A DNA stretch of 64,000 nucleotides from Octopus vulgaris (GCA_951406725.2 OX597827.1:62682001-62746000), one strand, 5' to 3'; shown: positions 1 through 12,808, counted from the stretch's first letter. Numbers and translations: made by a program. Notes: generated from the letters alone by a model not told the origin.

Positions 1-197
1 CTGTGTGTATCGTAGTGAACATTTTTATGGTCTAAGTCAGTACGAAAAAGGCAACATCCCAACATATGTCTAATGCGGCTACGAGACATGTGAAAACGGG
101 GTCTATGGAGAAACAGCAAAACGCAGGGCAGAGATGAAAATTTGTGTTGTGAACCCAGAAATATTGGTCCTTTCAAGATAGAATCTCCAATGTATTA

Positions 198-631
198 CTC
201 TCTTTTACTCCTTTATTTGTTTCAGTCATTTGACTGTGGCCATGCTGGAGCACCGCCTTTAGTCGGGCAAAACGACCCCAGGACTTATTCTTTGTAAGCC
301 TAGCACTTATTCTATCTGCCCCTTTTGCTGCACCGTTAAGTTACGGGGACGTAAACACACCAACATCTGTTGTCAAGCTATGTTGGGGAGACAAACACAG
401 GCACACAAGCATATACACACACACGTACATACATACATACATGCATACATACATACATACATACATATATATATATATGCGACGGGCTTCTTTCAGTTTC
501 CATCTACCAAATCCACTGACAGGCTTTAGTTGGCCCGAGGCTATAGTAGAAGATACTTGCCCAAGGTGCCAAGCTGTGGGACTGAACCCGGAACCATGTG
601 GTTCGTAAGCAAGCTATACCACACATCCACT
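198..631 (-). mobile_element. tRNA-derived CORE-like SINE (family 1, octopus OR2-like) with internal microsatellite
   Basis: Minus strand: pol III A/B-box head (..GGTTCAGTCCC), CORE-like GGCACCTTGGGCAAG, internal (TA)/(TG) tract, 3' tail GGCGGTGCTCCAGCATGGCCACAGTCAAATGACTGAAAC. Many homologous copies in the window. Confidence 0.85.
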
Positions 632-704
632 ATAACGCTTATGTAATATTCTGCATATTACTGCAACATCATTGACAGACATGGAGAAGTTTAAGTATTG
701 GGTT

Positions 705-1226
705 GGCACTGTCCCACAATACGCACACCATCATTTGACGGGGTTAGAGGTCTGGTTTCACGCGCGGTGTCGCTCGTTTACAGGATCTAAGCCATCCTTA
801 TGATGTTTCATATTAATATTCAGGCACCATTTTTCGTAGCCAGTAACGATTCGGTAAAGAAATCGTTGCGTGTGTCCATGAGTTGAGCGGTGACGAGCAA
901 GCAAACTAGCGGAGATTGTGGGTCGTTGATTTTTGTTGTTGTCACTTAAAACATGCAGGGCCCATGCTCCGTACTTCTGGACCTTTCCCATCGAGTGAAG
1001 ATGCTTCTCTAAAGCAGTGTAGGAGCATTCCATTTTCTCTGCCAGTTCCTTCGTCGTTTGACGAGAATTTTCGTGCGAAAGTTGGCTTAATCGCTCTTCA
1101 TCGAACTCAACTGGACAGCCAGAACGAGGTGCGTTTTTTGAGGTCAAAATGTCCATTTTTGAAATTGGCATACCAATCACGAGCAGTTCTTTCAGGTATG
1201 GCATCCTCTTCATACACGACACAAAT
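705..1226 (-). pseudogene. Decayed mariner transposase fragment
   Basis: Frameshifted translation VYEEDAIPERTARDWYANFKNGHFDL / NAPRSGCP..., WALHVL (WVPHEL-like) and IVTGYEKW (IVTGDEKW with the first catalytic D lost). Confidence 0.9.
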
Positions 1227-1251
1227 GTATATATATATATATATATATACT

Positions 1252-1318
1252 TTATTAAAAAGTAGAAACATATCACAAAAGCTTTCTCAGTTGTGATATT
1301 TTTGCTACTTTTTAATAA
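1252..1318. repeat. Short inverted repeat (~27 bp arms) in an insert between (TA)n tracts
   Basis: TTATTAAAAAGTAGAAACATATCACAA ... TTGTGATATTTTTGCTACTTTTTAATAA. Confidence 0.8.
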
Positions 1319-1389
1319 GGCATATTACTCCACCTCTGGTATTCGAGTACTATTTTTTCCAGCTTGTTTCGCATTTACGTGTTTACTGT

Positions 1390-1471
<82 letters not shown>

Positions 1472-1489
1472 TATATACATATATATACA

Positions 1490-1569
<80 letters not shown>

Positions 1570-2479
1570 TTGCGTGAATAAAATTTCAATCGATATTTGT
1601 TCCACCACAAGTTAAAAGACACTTCCTTATTTCTTTGCTTCTCACGCCGTCGGAACTATCATGACTGATGGTTTTTCCCGTATGATACCTTTAACGAAAT
1701 GATACTATTTTACACAAACTGCGATATGAAATAAGTACGTAGCAATATTATTATTATTAGAATTACTGAATCATTTGTAGCTGTTGATAAGATACTATAA
1801 ACTGAACAGTCACCAGCTGAGATCCTATCAATAGCCATATACCATGTCATTGACAAACAACTTCATCCCCTCTCCTAAATACCACAATGAATTGCCGGCA
1901 CTTTACAGTAAGAGTTTGCAGTATTGAAGAAGTAAAGAGATTCTCGTGTGCTTGAAGCTATGGGCTACCATATTCCTGTGGTTAAAGCGTCGGGGAAGGG
2001 TGAGTTCCGCTATGTTGACTTTCCTACTTTCCTACAATGAAAGAAGATATGTTGAATGGTTCTGACCTCTGCTCAATGAAACATGTGATTTATTGCAACC
2101 ACCTGCATGTTAAATCAATAAGCGATCGTTAAACGAGAATAGGCGCCATCTTGTACGTAAGTGTCTCTAGTAATAAAGAAGAGTCACTAGCGTGTTAGTA
2201 GACTGATCAGAAAATATGGAAACTGGCGCCATATCGGAACCGAATGGAAGAAAGCAACAGCTGCTATCTCGTAGCGAGAGGCAAGAAGCATGTGTTTAGT
2301 AATGACCACGCACTGCTTCTTACCATATTCTTGTTCAATTCTTCTATCCTGTCGTCTCTATCATTGTTCGACTTTGTCTTCTTATCTTTTCGTTCATTTC
2401 CTTCCTCAGAGGCTTCATCTTGTTCCATTTATATTCACACACTTTTGACATTTTTAAACAATGTAATCGCGGTGGTTAA

Positions 2480-2840
2480 AACGAGTAAAGAAAAGAAAGC
2501 GAAAGGCATATACACAAAAGAATTGAAAGAATGAATATAAATGAAGGAAATAAAGATAAAAAAGGAAAGAGAGAATAAAGCAGAAAATTGGAATAGAAAT
2601 GAGAAAAATGCGAGAAAAGTAAGGAAAGAAAGAGGCATGATATAAGGCGAAGAAAAGAAAAGGAAAAGGAGCAGAAAATATAATGAAAGAGTCAAATAAT
2701 AAAGATAAATATAAAGAAATAAAGAAACGAGGAAGAAAAGACAAAAATTCAAAGATATACGGTATAAAGAGAAACAGAAAAAGAAAGACGAAAAGGAAAA
2801 ACAAAGCAAAGGATAAAGTCATAGTAAAAAGAAGACGCAT
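2480..2840. repeat. Purine-rich (A/G) low-complexity tract
   Basis: Mostly A/G on the plus strand; the F/L/S-rich minus-strand ORFs are artefacts of this. Confidence 0.8.
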
Positions 2841-3226
2841 ATACGTACATAGATGAGGACATGTTTAAAATGTTAAATGATATAGTCCGTTGCTTATAAT
2901 ATACCGTGATGCAGCTTCATGTTCAGAGTTGCTGAGCAATTATGGCACCAAGAAAAACAACTCAGCTTAACACATGAGCATCAGCCACACATGGGAATCG
3001 TTACAATCTTGGGTAATCTCCAAAATTAATCATGGGTTTGAAAATTAGTGAGAAACGTAAGTAGTCACATATATCGTTCGGGTTTGTTACTTCAAAATAG
3101 TGGGTAAAACTGAAAGTTTAAGAAAGAGAATTTTATGAAGGTATCAATGTTTGTACAATTGTAGAGTACAGCGAGTTACAGTATAAATAGTAAAGACTAC
3201 AGAAGACAGAAACATACCACCCTCAA

Positions 3227-3443
3227 GGCGGCGAGCTGGCAGAAACGTTAGCACGCTGGGCGAAATGCTTGGCGGTTACGTTCTGAGTTCAAATTCCGCC
3301 GAGGTCCACTTTGCCTTTCATCCTTTCGGGTTCGATAAATTAAGTACCAGTTACGCACTGGGGTCGATGTAATCGACTTAATCACTTTGTCTGTCTTTGT
3401 TTGCCACCTCTGTGTTTAGCCCATTGTAGGCAATAAAGAAATA
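3227..3443 (+). mobile_element. tRNA-derived SINE family 2 (Deu/Nin-domain-like), full length, 19 bp TSD
   Basis: Head GGCGGCGAGCTGGCAGAAACG, B box GAGTTCAAATTCC, Deu-like GCCTTTCATCCTTTCGGG.TCGATAAATTAAGTACCAG. TSD AGAAACATACCACCCTCAA at 3208-3226 and 3444-3462. Confidence 0.9.
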
Positions 3444-3989
3444 AGAAACATACCACCCTCAATCATAACCATGGGAAGAATTAAAGACTGATTGCTCCTA
3501 GTAAACACGTAAGTAGTTACTGATTCAATCAAATAGCAGTAAAAGCCTCTAGTGTCTCAATAGGTACTTATCGAGTGGGGAAATTGGTGAAGAACTCTGA
3601 TCTGATATTTAAAAGTTACCGCGTACATTAAGGTTATAGTGTATGAAATCATACAAAACTCGAAAAAGTTTGTTATAATTCTTTATACTTTGCTTCTCTC
3701 AAGAATCTACTTGATGTATTATGCAGTGGCATCTTTTTTATCAAGCGCCACAGATAATCTGGCAGTATTTTTGCACACTTCCTTTCTACTATTCTGAGGA
3801 AGAAGTATTGTTCAAATATCTTTCTTTCAATATTCTTTTAATTATGCCTATATAAAATTTCTGAAAACTATGTAGGTTTAGTTTGGTAAAAGTAACTTCA
3901 GTGTTCCGTAACTTATTAAATGTGTATGCATTGGTACATTTGCTTGTCCAGTTAGTCCAGGATACACACACACACACAGAAGGTTGTCA

Positions 3990-4150
3990 GTTATTTCCAA
4001 ATAGTGTGGGATCGATATTTTTGAGTCTTTTAAAGATATCTTTGTAGCAGTTGATGTGTCCAGGAAATGCTTGTAGTAAGGGCATTAGGAGTTTAGAAAA
4101 GAGCCAAGCAAATCTTTCAAAAAGGCTTGTCAATTCATTAGAGTATTGGT
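3990..4150 (-). pseudogene. Possible ancient Penelope-like reverse transcriptase fragment
   Basis: FERFAWLFSKLLMPLLQAFPGHINCYKDIFKRLKNI loosely resembles the PLE RT region (L..LL.PLL...P..I....D+..+L). Judged by eye only. Confidence 0.3.
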
Positions 4151-4222
4151 CTCTCTTTTTCCTTCTGTAGTTTATATTGTATTTCATCTCATTGTTTCGA
4201 CATTACCCTACAAGTTTATCTA

Positions 4223-4263
<41 letters not shown>

Positions 4264-4266
<3 letters not shown>

Positions 4267-4469
4267 CCTCGTGTGTAGCGTTGGCGATTTTTTTCCTCTG
4301 TTTTCCCTTCTTTGGATCTTTCCTTCTCCTATGTTTCCGACGAAGAGCTCCACTCGAAACGTTAAACCCTCCTTCTTTCCTTCTTTCCTGAGCGTCCAAT
4401 AATACTATATTTGTTCCACGTCCTCGCGTTGTTGTGTTTTTTTTGTGCTTTCTTGTTTGGATTAACTTT
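4264..4469 (+). mobile_element. ~205 bp PLE terminal (pLTR-like) unit with a hammerhead-like motif, in (TA)n
   Basis: Near-identical to 10880-11084 and to the reverse complement of 23644-23860. Motif GTTT-CCGACGA-A-GAGCtccACTC-GAAACGT-T-AAAC at 4333-4367. Confidence 0.75.
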
Positions 4470-5711
4470 ATATATATGTCTGTCTGTCTGTCTGTCTACC
4501 TGCCCGTCTGACTCCGTCTATGTATGCATGTATGTGTGTGTGTGTGTGTGTGTATGGCATTTGCGTGTGAGTTTATGTAATGATAATATCATATCTATAA
4601 CATCGATTAACGCCGATATCTAAGTGGATAAGAATCCGGATGGATATTGTATTGGCAATAGTTCTTTATGGTAACTCAGGCCAGTGATGATCATAGAAAA
4701 CTTCACACGCGGGGATTGATATTTTATTTGAGGCTTCCTGAATCGCTTCACTGGGTTTCAATTTTCCGATTATTCACATGATTGGAGAACTAGCAAAATA
4801 AAGATATATCACAAACTATTTGAAAACACATCTATATATGATTGGTTGCTAATATAACCGTTCAAAATTATATCGCATTTCAAAGCATATAATGGAATAT
4901 GGAGACTCGTACAGCATAGGAAGAGAAACATTTTATAATGACCACGTAAAATTGTTAAGACATTATTATATAAGAATAGAAATATACTTTTGAAATATGA
5001 AAATAATTTTAACAGTATACAAAATATATTGTTCTCTAAAAATGCCTAGTGGCAAGTGGAAATTTCTCAATAAATAGCAATGGAGAATTTCAGTACAATT
5101 TAATTGATTCAAATTTCTGTTCTTCATTGCAAACTTTTGTAATGAAATCTGATATTTCTCAGACAGGTAAATATTATTCTGCCAGCTGCTATTGATATAA
5201 AATCACGCGAGTTCAAAAGCAGAGCAACCAATCGTGTAATTCTCTTTATTTAATATTCTTAAGGTTCCATGAATATTTAGACAACGAAGTATTAAAGTGC
5301 ACGTATCCGTTGTAAAAATGCTCTCTATAGTTTCTATATAGCTTTTAGCTTACTGCCGTTAACAAGGAGACCTTTGTTTGTGATAGGTTCTTTAAAAATA
5401 AAAATATGCATGCTTTTTCGAAGAGAGATATCGGTATTATAACTATTACATAGAAAGGAAGACTTTCGTTTATGCTAGTTATTTCTGGAAAACTTCTCGT
5501 GCATCAACAACTGTTCATAAGTTTTATATATGATGATATATATTCATGGTAAATATGCTTATATAATAAGGGATGTTTGTATCCTACAGAATTACTTTTC
5601 CTATTCTTAAATCCGTAAGTGATATCAATTTCTTGTATAAAATATATCTTTTAATACTACCGTGGTTATGTGTTTCATTGAAAAACATCGGCACATCGAT
5701 TTTGTTTTTAA

Positions 5712-6180
5712 TATTGGTTTCAAATTTTAGCACAAGGGCAACAATTCTATTTTTTTCACGGTGGATTAGAAGTTAAGTCGATTAAAAACCCATGTGCTAA
5801 ACTCATGCTCTATTTTTATCAACACCGAGAGGAGGAATTGCAAAGTCGACCTCAGTAGAATTTGAACCTAGAAAGTAAAGACGGACAAAATGTCGTTAAG
5901 CATTTTGTCCGACGTGCTAACGCTCCTGGCAGCACACAACCTCAACGCTGTTTTTTTTTGTCAATATTCTAAAGCGACATAAGGTGGCGTGCTGGCAAAA
6001 TCGTCAGCACGCCAGGCAAAATGTTTAACGCCATTTCGTCTTTCTTTACGCTGAGATTGACTTTACCTTTCGTCCTTTCGGGGTCGATATAATGAGCAGC
6101 ATTTGAGCGCTGGGATCGATGTCATCGACTTACTCACTCCATAGAACTTGCTAGCCTTGTGCCATAATTTTCAAACCAAC
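5712..6180. mobile_element. Two diverged family 2 SINEs, head to head (minus, then plus)
   Basis: AAAGTCGACCTCAGTAGAATTTGAAC (minus copy) and CCTTTCGGGGTCGAT (plus copy). Confidence 0.75.
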
Positions 6181-7194
6181 AATGTAAAGAGATTTGGTTC
6201 ATAGCTGTGTCTTGACCATGAGCAAACAAAGTGTAGCAATGTAACTTTGTTGCTTTCTTTAAATATACAGTTGTTCATCAGTTTCATGAACTTTATTCAA
6301 ATAAATATATTATTTCAAAAGGCTTTCCAGTCATGACTATACAGTCTTTATTTTATCTGCGTTTAATACAGAAAACAGCCAGGGGAAAACTGAATGGCAT
6401 CCCTAAACGAAAATTGCCTTGGAGTGTTTTAGTAGTGCTTACCCGCTTCTCGGTAAACATTAACCACGTTAACAATGTCTATAGTAGAGTATGATTTCAG
6501 ATTTATTTAGCTGCTATTTCTAACATATCATTCATTTTTCTGAAGGCTTCTTCATTGGTTCAATATACCAGATGAGTAATGCGTGTGTGTGTGTGTGTGT
6601 AGTAAAGTTTCTAAAAGAGGATGTTTACATATTCTTCATTGAATTCGTTCTTGCTTCGCCCGAGGAGCCCTCATTGCAGGTCGATGACCTTTCTGAGTAA
6701 AACGATATCGATCAATATATAGCACAATAGTTTGAATCATAGGATTTGTGCAAGAGCATGGCTAGAGGTAATTCAGAATAGGTAATTAATGTAGAGAAAT
6801 AAAGTGTGCGGAGAGGAGGCATAATCGAAACGAAATCTGAACACCTGCATCGAGTGCATCTTCACACACACACACGCACACGTACACACACACACACACA
6901 CACACGCGCGCGCGCGCGTACATACACACGCGCACACACGAATAAACATGGTGATAGAATAATCTGTGAAGTGATTCCCGATCCAAAGGATGAAAAATGA
7001 GCGATCAGAAGTTCAGATTGCAAAGAAATTCTTGTGTTAAATGTGAAAGTGGAATCAAAGACAGACACCATTATGTTTTTTGGTCGAAGTTTTGAACTAC
7101 CATAGGTCCACGGTACTGTGTATGTTTTGCGTGTGAAGTAGGAAAACGGGTCTCTTTTCATATGTTCCTCGCGTTCCTTTATTTTTTTCACTTG

Positions 7195-7393
7195 CATCAT
7201 TTACTGGGCGGTGACAAGGCTGGAACATCGCTTTAACGCGTTTTCATCAAACAAATCTACTCAGGTACGTGATTTTAAGTCCAGCACTTGTTCAATATGT
7301 CTCTTTAGCCGAACCTCTAGGCAAACGAATACCATTTGTCAAGCGACTGTGTTGGGAAAAATAAGGAGATGCACGAACGTAGACCCACAAACC

Positions 7394-7400
<7 letters not shown>
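7195..7400 (-). mobile_element. Diverged 3' half of SINE family 1
   Basis: Similar to 198-410 (GCTGGAACATCGCTTT ... TTGTCAAGCGA). Confidence 0.6.
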
Positions 7401-7442
<42 letters not shown>

Positions 7443-7483
7443 ACGCACACACGCACACACACACACGCAAACATACTTATACA

Positions 7484-7537
<54 letters not shown>

Positions 7538-7784
7538 CAACAATTGAGGGTAAAATTAATTAATTATTAATCAATTTCACCAAGTATTCAGTATGCAAAG
7601 GGACCATTTAAGGCGAATTCAAATTATTACATTATATAAAAGGGCTTAGTAAAATAAATTACTTTGCCACATACTGAACTCATTAGAAATAGTAGCTAAA
7701 AAAACTTTTTTAAAACTATTTCTAATACTTAAAGAAAATCTCTCTCATATAGTGTTTGCTCAATTCAACTCACGAAAGTATGGG

Positions 7785-8881
7785 GGTAAAGACCCCGGCC
7801 TTGCCCGGGATTAAGTTACGATTATTAAGCTAACCAAGTTCTTTATTTCAAACCAAACTAAGTAATATCGACGTCAAATTTGGGCAAAATCCGTTAAAAT
7901 TGGTTATATTATATATATATTATATATATATATATAATATAATATGATATAATATAAATATATATGGGCAATAGACACGAACACACATTTACGTACACCT
8001 ATTGCATGTTTTGTGCATGTTCATAAACAGAAATGAATGGGAAAATGTTGTTAAATTTGTAGATTAACACTCGCACGATTTTCACTAAGAAAAATAATCG
8101 TTTTTTTTTGCGTGGAATCAACTACTCTGGCCTCCTAATATGCTACAAAACCCTTTTTGTGGTCCGTGAAACGGAGTGGGTGTGGTGGAAGCCTCAGAAA
8201 TTGTACCCATTTATATTGTGCAATTCACTGACAAATTGCTACTCACCTCTTTGTTTCTTTGTTGTTAAATAAATGGATAGTCAACAAAACACTTTTTTAC
8301 TCGGCGTAAAATAAAAACAAAACTCTTTCGCATCCAAAGTAATGTGTGTGAGAGAGAGTGCGGAGTAAGATGAACGATTTAAAATAAATAAGTGATTTAA
8401 ACTAAATATATTGTGATTGTTGTGTGAGATAGTATATATACTATGATTATAAAATATAGTGTACTTCAAAAACATCCTGATTTGAACACTATATCTCGTG
8501 TTTAAGTAAAGACAAAACATTTTACATTTTATATATTATGAACGTCGTCACTTACTCTCTCTCTCTCCCTCTCTCACTTTGTCTTTCCTGTGAAAATCTC
8601 TGCTTCTCTTCCACTTTTCTTTATCTTGTTTTTTTTTTGTTAGACGCCGTCAGAAAGCTATGGCTGAAAATAGATTTTTACCGCTAAAAGTTATGGCTGA
8701 AAATAGATTTTTACCGCTATCCACGGGTGCCTCGGGAAAAAAATTAGTTGACAAAACCCAGATAGGCTGTTGACGAATATCCTCCTAAAATTTGAGCGAC
8801 ATGCGTGCTAATTTGTGGATGTGCATAAACTACAATCACATACACTCACACATACATATCTTGCCGTATATATATACAGAT
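7785..8881 (-). mobile_element. Probable non-autonomous Helitron-like element (decayed)
   Basis: Minus-strand 5' end TCTGTATATATATACGGCAAGATATG.. resembles the 5' end at 40791. GC hairpin CCCCGGC-CTTG-CCCGGG near 7792-7808. No clear terminal CTAG. Internal ~34 bp tandem duplication near 8655-8720. Confidence 0.45.
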
Positions 8882-9494
8882 ATCTATAAATATATATGTA
8901 TTCCCAACCACATGGTTCTGGGTTCAGTGCTATTGCGTGACACCTTGGGCAAGTGTCTTCCGCTATAGACTCGGGCCGACCAAAAACTTGTGAGTATATC
9001 TGGTTGACGTAAACCGTAAGAAGCCCGTCTTATATATGTATATATATAATTATAGTATATTCTGTTAAGAACATAGTAGAATACAGTATAAAGCTCGCTC
9101 GTCCACTTTCACATTTAAACTGGGCTTTCCAGTAGTAGTATTATATGTATTTCCAGGTTTGCGTTTGGGCATCTGTCGTGTGTGAATAGATAATTGAAAA
9201 AATTGGAGTCAACAAGAAGGGTACGGTTGGACATTTATATTTTAATCACTACAATTGTTTACACGCAACGTAGTCAGTACCATCTGTCAAAAAAGTGACA
9301 GATGGTACTGACAAGTTTTTGTTAAAATAAGTCAAAGCCATAAGAGCACTGAACTTAATGACTGATAAAGAGAGGTAAGTCCCCAGCCTGCATAGCCGGA
9401 TCGCAATTTCGGATTTTGATGCCGGCCATCTTAATCTTCATCTGCGACTCTTAAAGCCTAGAGTTAAACACGACTGCCTCTATCAGTCTTACAA

Positions 9495-10006
9495 GAAAAA
9501 ATTTTTGTGGAAAATTTTCAAAAAGTTTTTCAAAAATTTTTGTGGAAAAGTTTCAAAAAATTTTTCAAAAAATTTTTGGGAAAATTTTCAAAAAATTTTT
9601 AGAAAATTTTTGTGGAAAATTTTCAAAACATTTTTCAATAACTTTTGGGGAAAATTTTCAAAAAATCTTTCAATAATTTTTGGGGAAAATTTTTAAAACA
9701 TTTTTCAAGAAATTTTGGGGAAAATTAAAAAAAATTTTTCTATAATTTTTGGAGAAAATTTTGAAAAACTTTTTGTGGAAAATTTTCAAAAAATTTTTCG
9801 AGAAGTTTTGGGGAAAACTTAAAAGAAATAAAAAAATTTTTTTTTTTTAATTTTGGGGAAAATTTTCAAAAAATTTTTCGAAAATTTTTCGGGAAAATTT
9901 AAAAAAAAATTTTCAAAAATTTTGGGGGAAAATTTTCAAAAAACTTGAAAAATTGTTGGGGAAAATTTTCAGAAAATTTTTCAAAAGGTTTGGGGGAAAA
10001 TTTTCA
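9495..10006. repeat. Minisatellite of alternating A- and T-tracts, ~32-34 bp unit, about 15 copies
   Basis: Repeated TTTT(G/T)GGGAAAATTTTCAAAAAATTTTTCAAAAA-like units. Confidence 0.9.
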
Positions 10007-10014
10007 TTGTTTAA

Positions 10015-10460
10015 GACAGCGAGCTGGCAATATCGTAAGTACGCCGGGCAAAATGTTTAGCGGTATTTCATCAGTCTACGTTCTAGGTTCAAATTCCGAC
10101 GAGGTCAATTTTGCTTTTCATCCTTTCGGGATCGATAAATTAGGTACCAGTTGCGTACTGGGGTTGATCTAATCGTCTGGCCCCTTCCCCAACTATTTCG
10201 GCCCTCGTGCCTAGAGAAGAAGAGAATATTTAGATAATAATTAAGGCTGTGAGCTGGCAGAATCGTTGGCACGTTGGGCAAAATGCTGCACGGCATTTCG
10301 CCCGTCCTTACGTTCTAAGTTCAAATTTCGCCGAGGTTGACTTTCCCTTTTATCCCTTTCGGGGTCGAAAAAATAAGTACTATTAGAGCACTGGGAATAA
10401 ATGTAATCTACTTAACCCTCCCTTGAAATCGCTGGCCATGCGCCAAAATTTAAAACCAAT
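10015..10460 (+). mobile_element. Two tandem family 2 SINE copies
   Basis: GAGCTGGCA heads at ~10021 and ~10251, each with a B box and Deu-like core. Confidence 0.8.
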
Positions 10461-10503
10461 ACTACAATAATTATTAGTTCTGAGTTCAAATCCTGTCCTC
10501 TAT

Positions 10504-11079
10504 AGGCGCATGCGTAGCTGTGGTAGGAAGCTTGCTTCCCAACAACATGGTTCCCGGTTCAGTACCACTGTGTGGTACCTTGGGCAAGTGTCTTCTACTA
10601 TAACCCCAGGACGACCATAACCTTCTGAATGGATTTGGTAAACGGAAACTGAAAGGAGCCCGTCGTATATGTAACTATATGTGGGTGGTTGGCGATTTTT
10701 TCCCTCCGTCTTCAATTTCTTTTGAACATTCCTCTGTCTCCTGTTTCTTGAAGAAGACACCTTTTCGTTCCTTCCATGAGCGTCTTATTAATACTTTGCA
10801 TGTATAACGTCCTCGTGTTGTTGTTTATTTCTTGTTGCATTTTCCTCCGTTTCTTTTTGTTGTGTATATATATATATATGTGACCTCGTGTGTACCGTTG
10901 GCGATTTTTTTCCTCTGTCTTCCCTTCTCTGGATCTTTCCTTCTCCTATGTTTCCGACGAAGAGCTCCGCTCGAAACGTTAAACCCTCCTTCTTAACCTC
11001 CTTTCCTGAGCGTCCAATAATACTATATTTGTTCCACGTCCTCGCGTTGTTGTGTTTTTTTGTGCTTTCTTGTTTGGAT

Positions 11080-11125
<46 letters not shown>

Positions 11126-11393
11126 ATAACATATATGTATATATGTATATATGTATATATATGTATGTTTATATATGTATATATATATATTTGTGTCTTT
11201 GTGTCTTTGTTAGTCTCCTTCCCACCATCATTTGGCAACCGATGTTGGTGTGTTTACGTTGCCGTAACTTAGTGGTTCGGCAAAAGAGACAGATAAAATA
11301 AGTCCTAATGTCGAGATGTTCGGCTAAAACCCCTTCAAGTGGAGGTTCCTGCTTGGCCACAGTCAAATGACTGAAAACAACCAAAGAAAAAGA
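10504..11393 (+). mobile_element. SINE family 1 with two PLE terminal units nested in its internal microsatellite
   Basis: Head 10504-10665, tail ~11190-11393. Inserts at ~10685-10865 (diverged) and 10880-11084. Confidence 0.8.
10950..10984 (+). ncRNA. Minimal type I hammerhead-like motif (variant core CCGACGA plus extra A)
   Basis: Stem I GTTT/AAAC, stem II GAGC-tcc-GCTC, GAAA, palindromic stem III ACGT, cleavage triplet GUU. Confidence 0.6.
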
Positions 11394-11902
11394 GTATTAA
11401 ACTTCGTTTTTCATTGTTTAGGAGGAGGAAAAATACATAAGTACTTTTCTGTAATGGTGATCCATTGAACCGATGCTAATCGGTAAAATCAATACTCGTA
11501 TTTGTTTTGTACAAAATTATGTTTAGAGAGGGAGGTACCGCCTTTCAGTGTGTTGATCGAAAAATAAGTCAGAGGGGCATGGCTGGTGAGGCTGGGAGAG
11601 CCTTCTCTATGTAGGCTTTTCTATGCGGGAGTAAATACACTGGAAGACGGATTTCCTATTGCCTTGGAGACTGCAAAATAATCCGGGACATTTCGTATAG
11701 GATTTTCCCCGAATTATCCTTGGAGGATTGCCCCGCTACTAGAGAATCTATTTAACTTATTTTCAAGAAATCAATTTTATATCTTTCGCTATAATCGTAT
11801 TGTTGTTGTTTTGTTTTGCTTTTTCTTTTGACCGATGCAAAGGCCACCATTTTGTATGGCTTTTGATGGAATCTTCAATACGTTGGACCCTTGTGGCGAA
11901 TT

Positions 11903-11948
<46 letters not shown>

Positions 11949-11986
11949 GTCAGCAAAAGTTACTGGTTTGGCCTATGTAATTATTA

Positions 11987-12022
<36 letters not shown>

Positions 12023-12635
12023 GTGGCGGTGGTGATGCTGAACACAAAGGTGGTTGCGTGGTGTTAACGGTTGAGGATGCAAATCTATGGTAGGAGCTTC
12101 GCACTGTAATCAGCTTCACCTTTGTTCTCGAGATTAACGTCGCTGATTACTGGCTTTCCATCCATTCATCCAGCCTTCCGTCCCTCCATCCCTCTGTCAC
12201 TCCATCCATCCATCCATCCATCCATCTATTCATTCATCTATCCGTATATATATACGTGTGTGTGTATATATAATATCAATATAATATATTTATATATGTA
12301 CATGTGTGTGTGTGTGAGTATGTATGTCTGTGTGAGTGTGCATAAGTGTGTGGTGGGTGAACGTGTCGTGTTTACATGTGCGTGTATGCTATATGTATTT
12401 ATATAAATACATACATACCTATTTATATATATATATATATGTACAGACGCGAACACACATATATATGTGTGTGTGTATGCGTGTGTGTGTATGAGTGAGA
12501 GTGTGTGTATATATAAATATGTATATAAATATGTATATAAATATATTTATATATATACACACACATATACATGCATATATATGTTAGTATATATACATAC
12601 ATATATATATACATACACACATATTTAAAATCGTC

Positions 12636-12663
12636 ATTATTATTATTATCATTATTATTATTA

Positions 12664-12721
<58 letters not shown>

Positions 12722-12741
12722 GATTATTATCATTATTATAA

Positions 12742-12808
<67 letters not shown>

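Noticed and set aside
2160-2250. Possible LTR end with AATAAA and PBS-like TGGCGCC
   Set aside because: No second LTR, no extended tRNA complementarity and no gag/pol nearby.
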